A stretch of DNA of 64,000 nucleotides from Ramazzottius varieornatus (taxonomy: Eukaryota > Animalia > Tardigrada): the NCBI GenBank assembly GCA_001949185.1, contig BDGG01000010.1, positions 1,063,773-1,127,772 of the forward strand. The letters run 5' to 3'. Both the position numbers and the translations under genes were made by a program. The notes below the pieces were generated by a model. That model was given only the letters and a program-made list of their open reading frames with translations. It was not told where the DNA came from and did not search any database. Below are positions 61,801 through 64,000 of the stretch, one piece after another (within the stretch, counting starts at the first letter, position 1; every line of letters begins with the position of its first letter).

Positions 61801-63990
61801 CGGGCTTGACGCTGCTGGATCCTGGACTTGCCCCAGTTGAGGCGCTACGGGACCTGTGGATTAACATCTATACGGTCCTGTCTGAGTCTCTAAAGAACAG
61901 TCTGGTGCTGGAAGGTGTCTGGAGGTTTCTCTCAGATTTCAACAAGACCATATACTTTAATATCAAGACTTCTTTCAATTTGAATGTGACTGATGCGAAT
62001 AACCAGCGGCTACAGATCGCCCTGTTGAGCAGTCTCGAAGTGGTTACTGCAATCGACCGCGAAGAAGTCCAACAGTTCTTGTGGAAGCCGATAGCGGCTC
62101 TCCCTAGCGGAGAACCTGAATGCATGGGTAAGGCTTTTCGCTTCCGCCAAACGGTATTTTTCTGACGTTGTGAAACATGCCTTCCAAAACTGGACTAGGT
62201 AAACAAACTCGAAAAGATCGGTTTTCCATGTGGCGCATGGCTGCAGCCAACAACTTCGAAAACGTGCGCTACCTGGGAAAACAGTCTTGCCGAGTCTGCT
62301 TGTTCACCTCCCAATCAGTTTGCTTATTTCGTTCGCGCTTTGTGGAATATCTAAGGTCTCTTTGATTTTGTAGGTGAGGTAATTACCCACTTTTTGGTCC
62401 AGAAGTTTGACGAGCCGGCGGCTTTGGAGTTTGATGCCTGGATTGAGCTTCTCAAGCGCCTGCTCCTTCGGCACGAGCAAGTGCGCCAGGTGGCCATGGA
62501 CAACGACTTTGTCGAGACCGTCATCGACAAGCTGCTGGAGATGGACTGCTCCATCTCCAAGGACATGCACGTCCACAGCAAGAATGTCCTCAAGAAGAAG
62601 ATGACAGAACCCCTCAGAATGTGTCTAGAGTTGTTGATGAATTTGTTGTTCCGTAACGAGGCAGCCAAGAAATTAGCGGCCCAGAAGAGCCTCACTTCGG
62701 TCTTGATCAGTTTGTGGCTGACACTGATAAGCGACACCGAAAGCCTCCATATCCTGTTCTTGAGGCTTCTGTGCACTTACGGAGCTCGGTGCCAGGAATC
62801 CTTGTCGTCTTTTGTTAGAGGTAGGAACACTGCATTCATACAGCCGTAAGCTGAACAGGAAGTCTCATTTTTGTGCACCTGCATACGAGTACATCAGAGC
62901 AAATATACGTTATGCTATATGCAGGTGGACGGCAGATGTTGTTTGACAATCTTCCAAGTCAATTCCATCTTTCGAAACATTCACTGGAATAATTATTCAA
63001 ACTCTTGTAGTGTTTTAGGCGTTCTGGTAGTTGAGACAATGGTTCCGAATTGTCTTTTTATTTTTCAGAGTCCGAATTTGCCCAAACAGCTCCATTGACG
63101 TTATTCCACATCATCATCGCCGACCTGGAAGAACAGCTCGCCTTACCACTTCCTCATCCGGACATCACACCGCTCCTTTTCGACCTTCTCAGCCTGATGT
63201 CCTTGAACCCGAAGTGCCGAGTCTTCATCCGGAAGACCGTCAACGTCAAGCGCGCTATGCCAGCGCCCAGTCCGCGCAAGCCCAAGTACCTGCAAGCCAT
63301 CGACGCCATGTGGTTGGACGTCTTGGCCAACTTGAGCTTCTTCGAGGACGGCCAGATTGTCATACTAGCAAAAGAGGACATTTGTACCATCTTGTTTGAC
63401 TACCTAGAAGTTGAAGGGCTGTTCAAAGAAATTTACATTTCCTCCATGCTGATTTTGAGGAACCTCGCGTTCTCCAGAAAAGGCATGGCAAGGCTGACGG
63501 GAGCTCGGGGCGTGTTGGCCAAGCTCATTCGACTTTGCTCCACACATCCACAGCCTAAAGTCCGTCTTTACGCCCTTTCTTGTTTGGTAGGTTGGCATAA
63601 AGAATTTCAATCATTAAAGAATTCAAAATTAGTTACTGTAGTTTGGTCAAATTCCGACTTCAGATACCAACGTAACTAGAAAAAACATTCAAACGATCTA
63701 TTCGAAATTTTTTATTCTTGAGAGATTCAATTTCAAAACCGAAAAACATGTGATGTCAAATTATGTCACGAAATTCGAATATTTTTTAATATGTTTATTT
63801 TTTGCAGTTGGAATTACTTTACGATCAAGTGAAGCTCCGTCACGCAGCTGCGTCCATTACCTTCGCAGACTTCGGAGCCGGAAAGGACGATGACGAGCCG
63901 CAAATGTTCAATCTGCGAGCACGATTACGTTCTTGCTTGGAAGACATTGGCGAATCGAACGGTTACGATGATGACACCCCGCGAACTTGA
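55891..63990 (+). CDS. RTTN: Rotatin (Ana3)-like centriole/basal-body armadillo-repeat protein
   Basis: FPWIAIS...CYQLLDVFLYDFPAEVFLQRPAILQGLLGLL matches rotatin (FPWLPLT...[30 protein letters not shown]). Further blocks SFSGRG...GWLLPLWAHRDPVVR and WLDVLANLSFFEDGQ..I, LLILRNL-like. About 14 GT-AG exons; TGA at 63988-63990. Confidence 0.88.
58047..58143. repeat. Palindromic dispersed repeat (GTGGCGCAC-core family), rotatin intron
   Basis: acaaacttgacaagatc...caattggcgcacg...ttgcgtcaattgggaaaac...gagtttgt. Confidence 0.72.
59398..59488. repeat. Palindromic dispersed repeat (GTGGCGCAC-core family), rotatin intron
   Basis: actcgctaagatcgtttttccaagtggcgcacgctttcagccactaacactggaaacgtgcgcc...gatcttgtcga. 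Confidence 0.78.
62201..62300. repeat. Palindromic dispersed repeat (GTGGCGCAC-core family), rotatin intron
   Basis: aacaaactcgaaaagatcggttttccatgtggcgcat...cagccaacaac...acgtgcgctacctgggaaaacagtcttgccgagt. Confidence 0.75.
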
Positions 63991-64000
63991 AGGTAATCTT

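Noticed and set aside
756-62300. CRISPR-like or bacterial REP interpretation of the palindromic repeats
   Set aside because: Copies are dispersed kilobases apart in spliceosomal introns, with no regular spacers and no cas or bacterial genes; the DNA is clearly eukaryotic.

Overview
Eukaryotic animal DNA with dense genes and short GT-AG introns (mostly 55-250 nt). It is probably a panarthropod; a tardigrade-like compact genome is my inference and is not proven. Left to right: the 3' end of PRC1/MAP65 (+); an 18-kb, ~35-exon Dumpy orthologue (+) with Dumpy N-terminus, tandem cbEGF modules, ZP domain, furin site and TM, but no evident DPY modules and only ~4,100 aa; an M14A carboxypeptidase with a mucin-like repeat in place of its pro-domain (-); MCTS1 (-); a ~9-kb decayed accessory block (28.9-37.6 kb) holding a TIR DNA transposon, a LINE-ORF1-like remnant, a SAP-domain ORF, an EXO5-like nuclease gene with in-frame stops and no Fe-S cysteines, and a BTB-BACK pseudogene; DMAC2/ATP5SL (+); an Elongin-B-like gene fused to a basic S/T-P repeat tail (-); a 7-kb gene-free stretch; an odd-skipped zinc-finger gene (+); SAP18 (-); PDCL3/VIAF (+); and rotatin (+). 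About 16 copies of a short palindromic repeat (core AAGTGGCGCAC...GTGCGCCACTT) and three TA-flanked MITEs are scattered through introns and intergenic DNA. No tRNA, rRNA or CRISPR was recognised. Homology calls come from remembered family motifs, not from database searches. Exon boundaries were read by eye.
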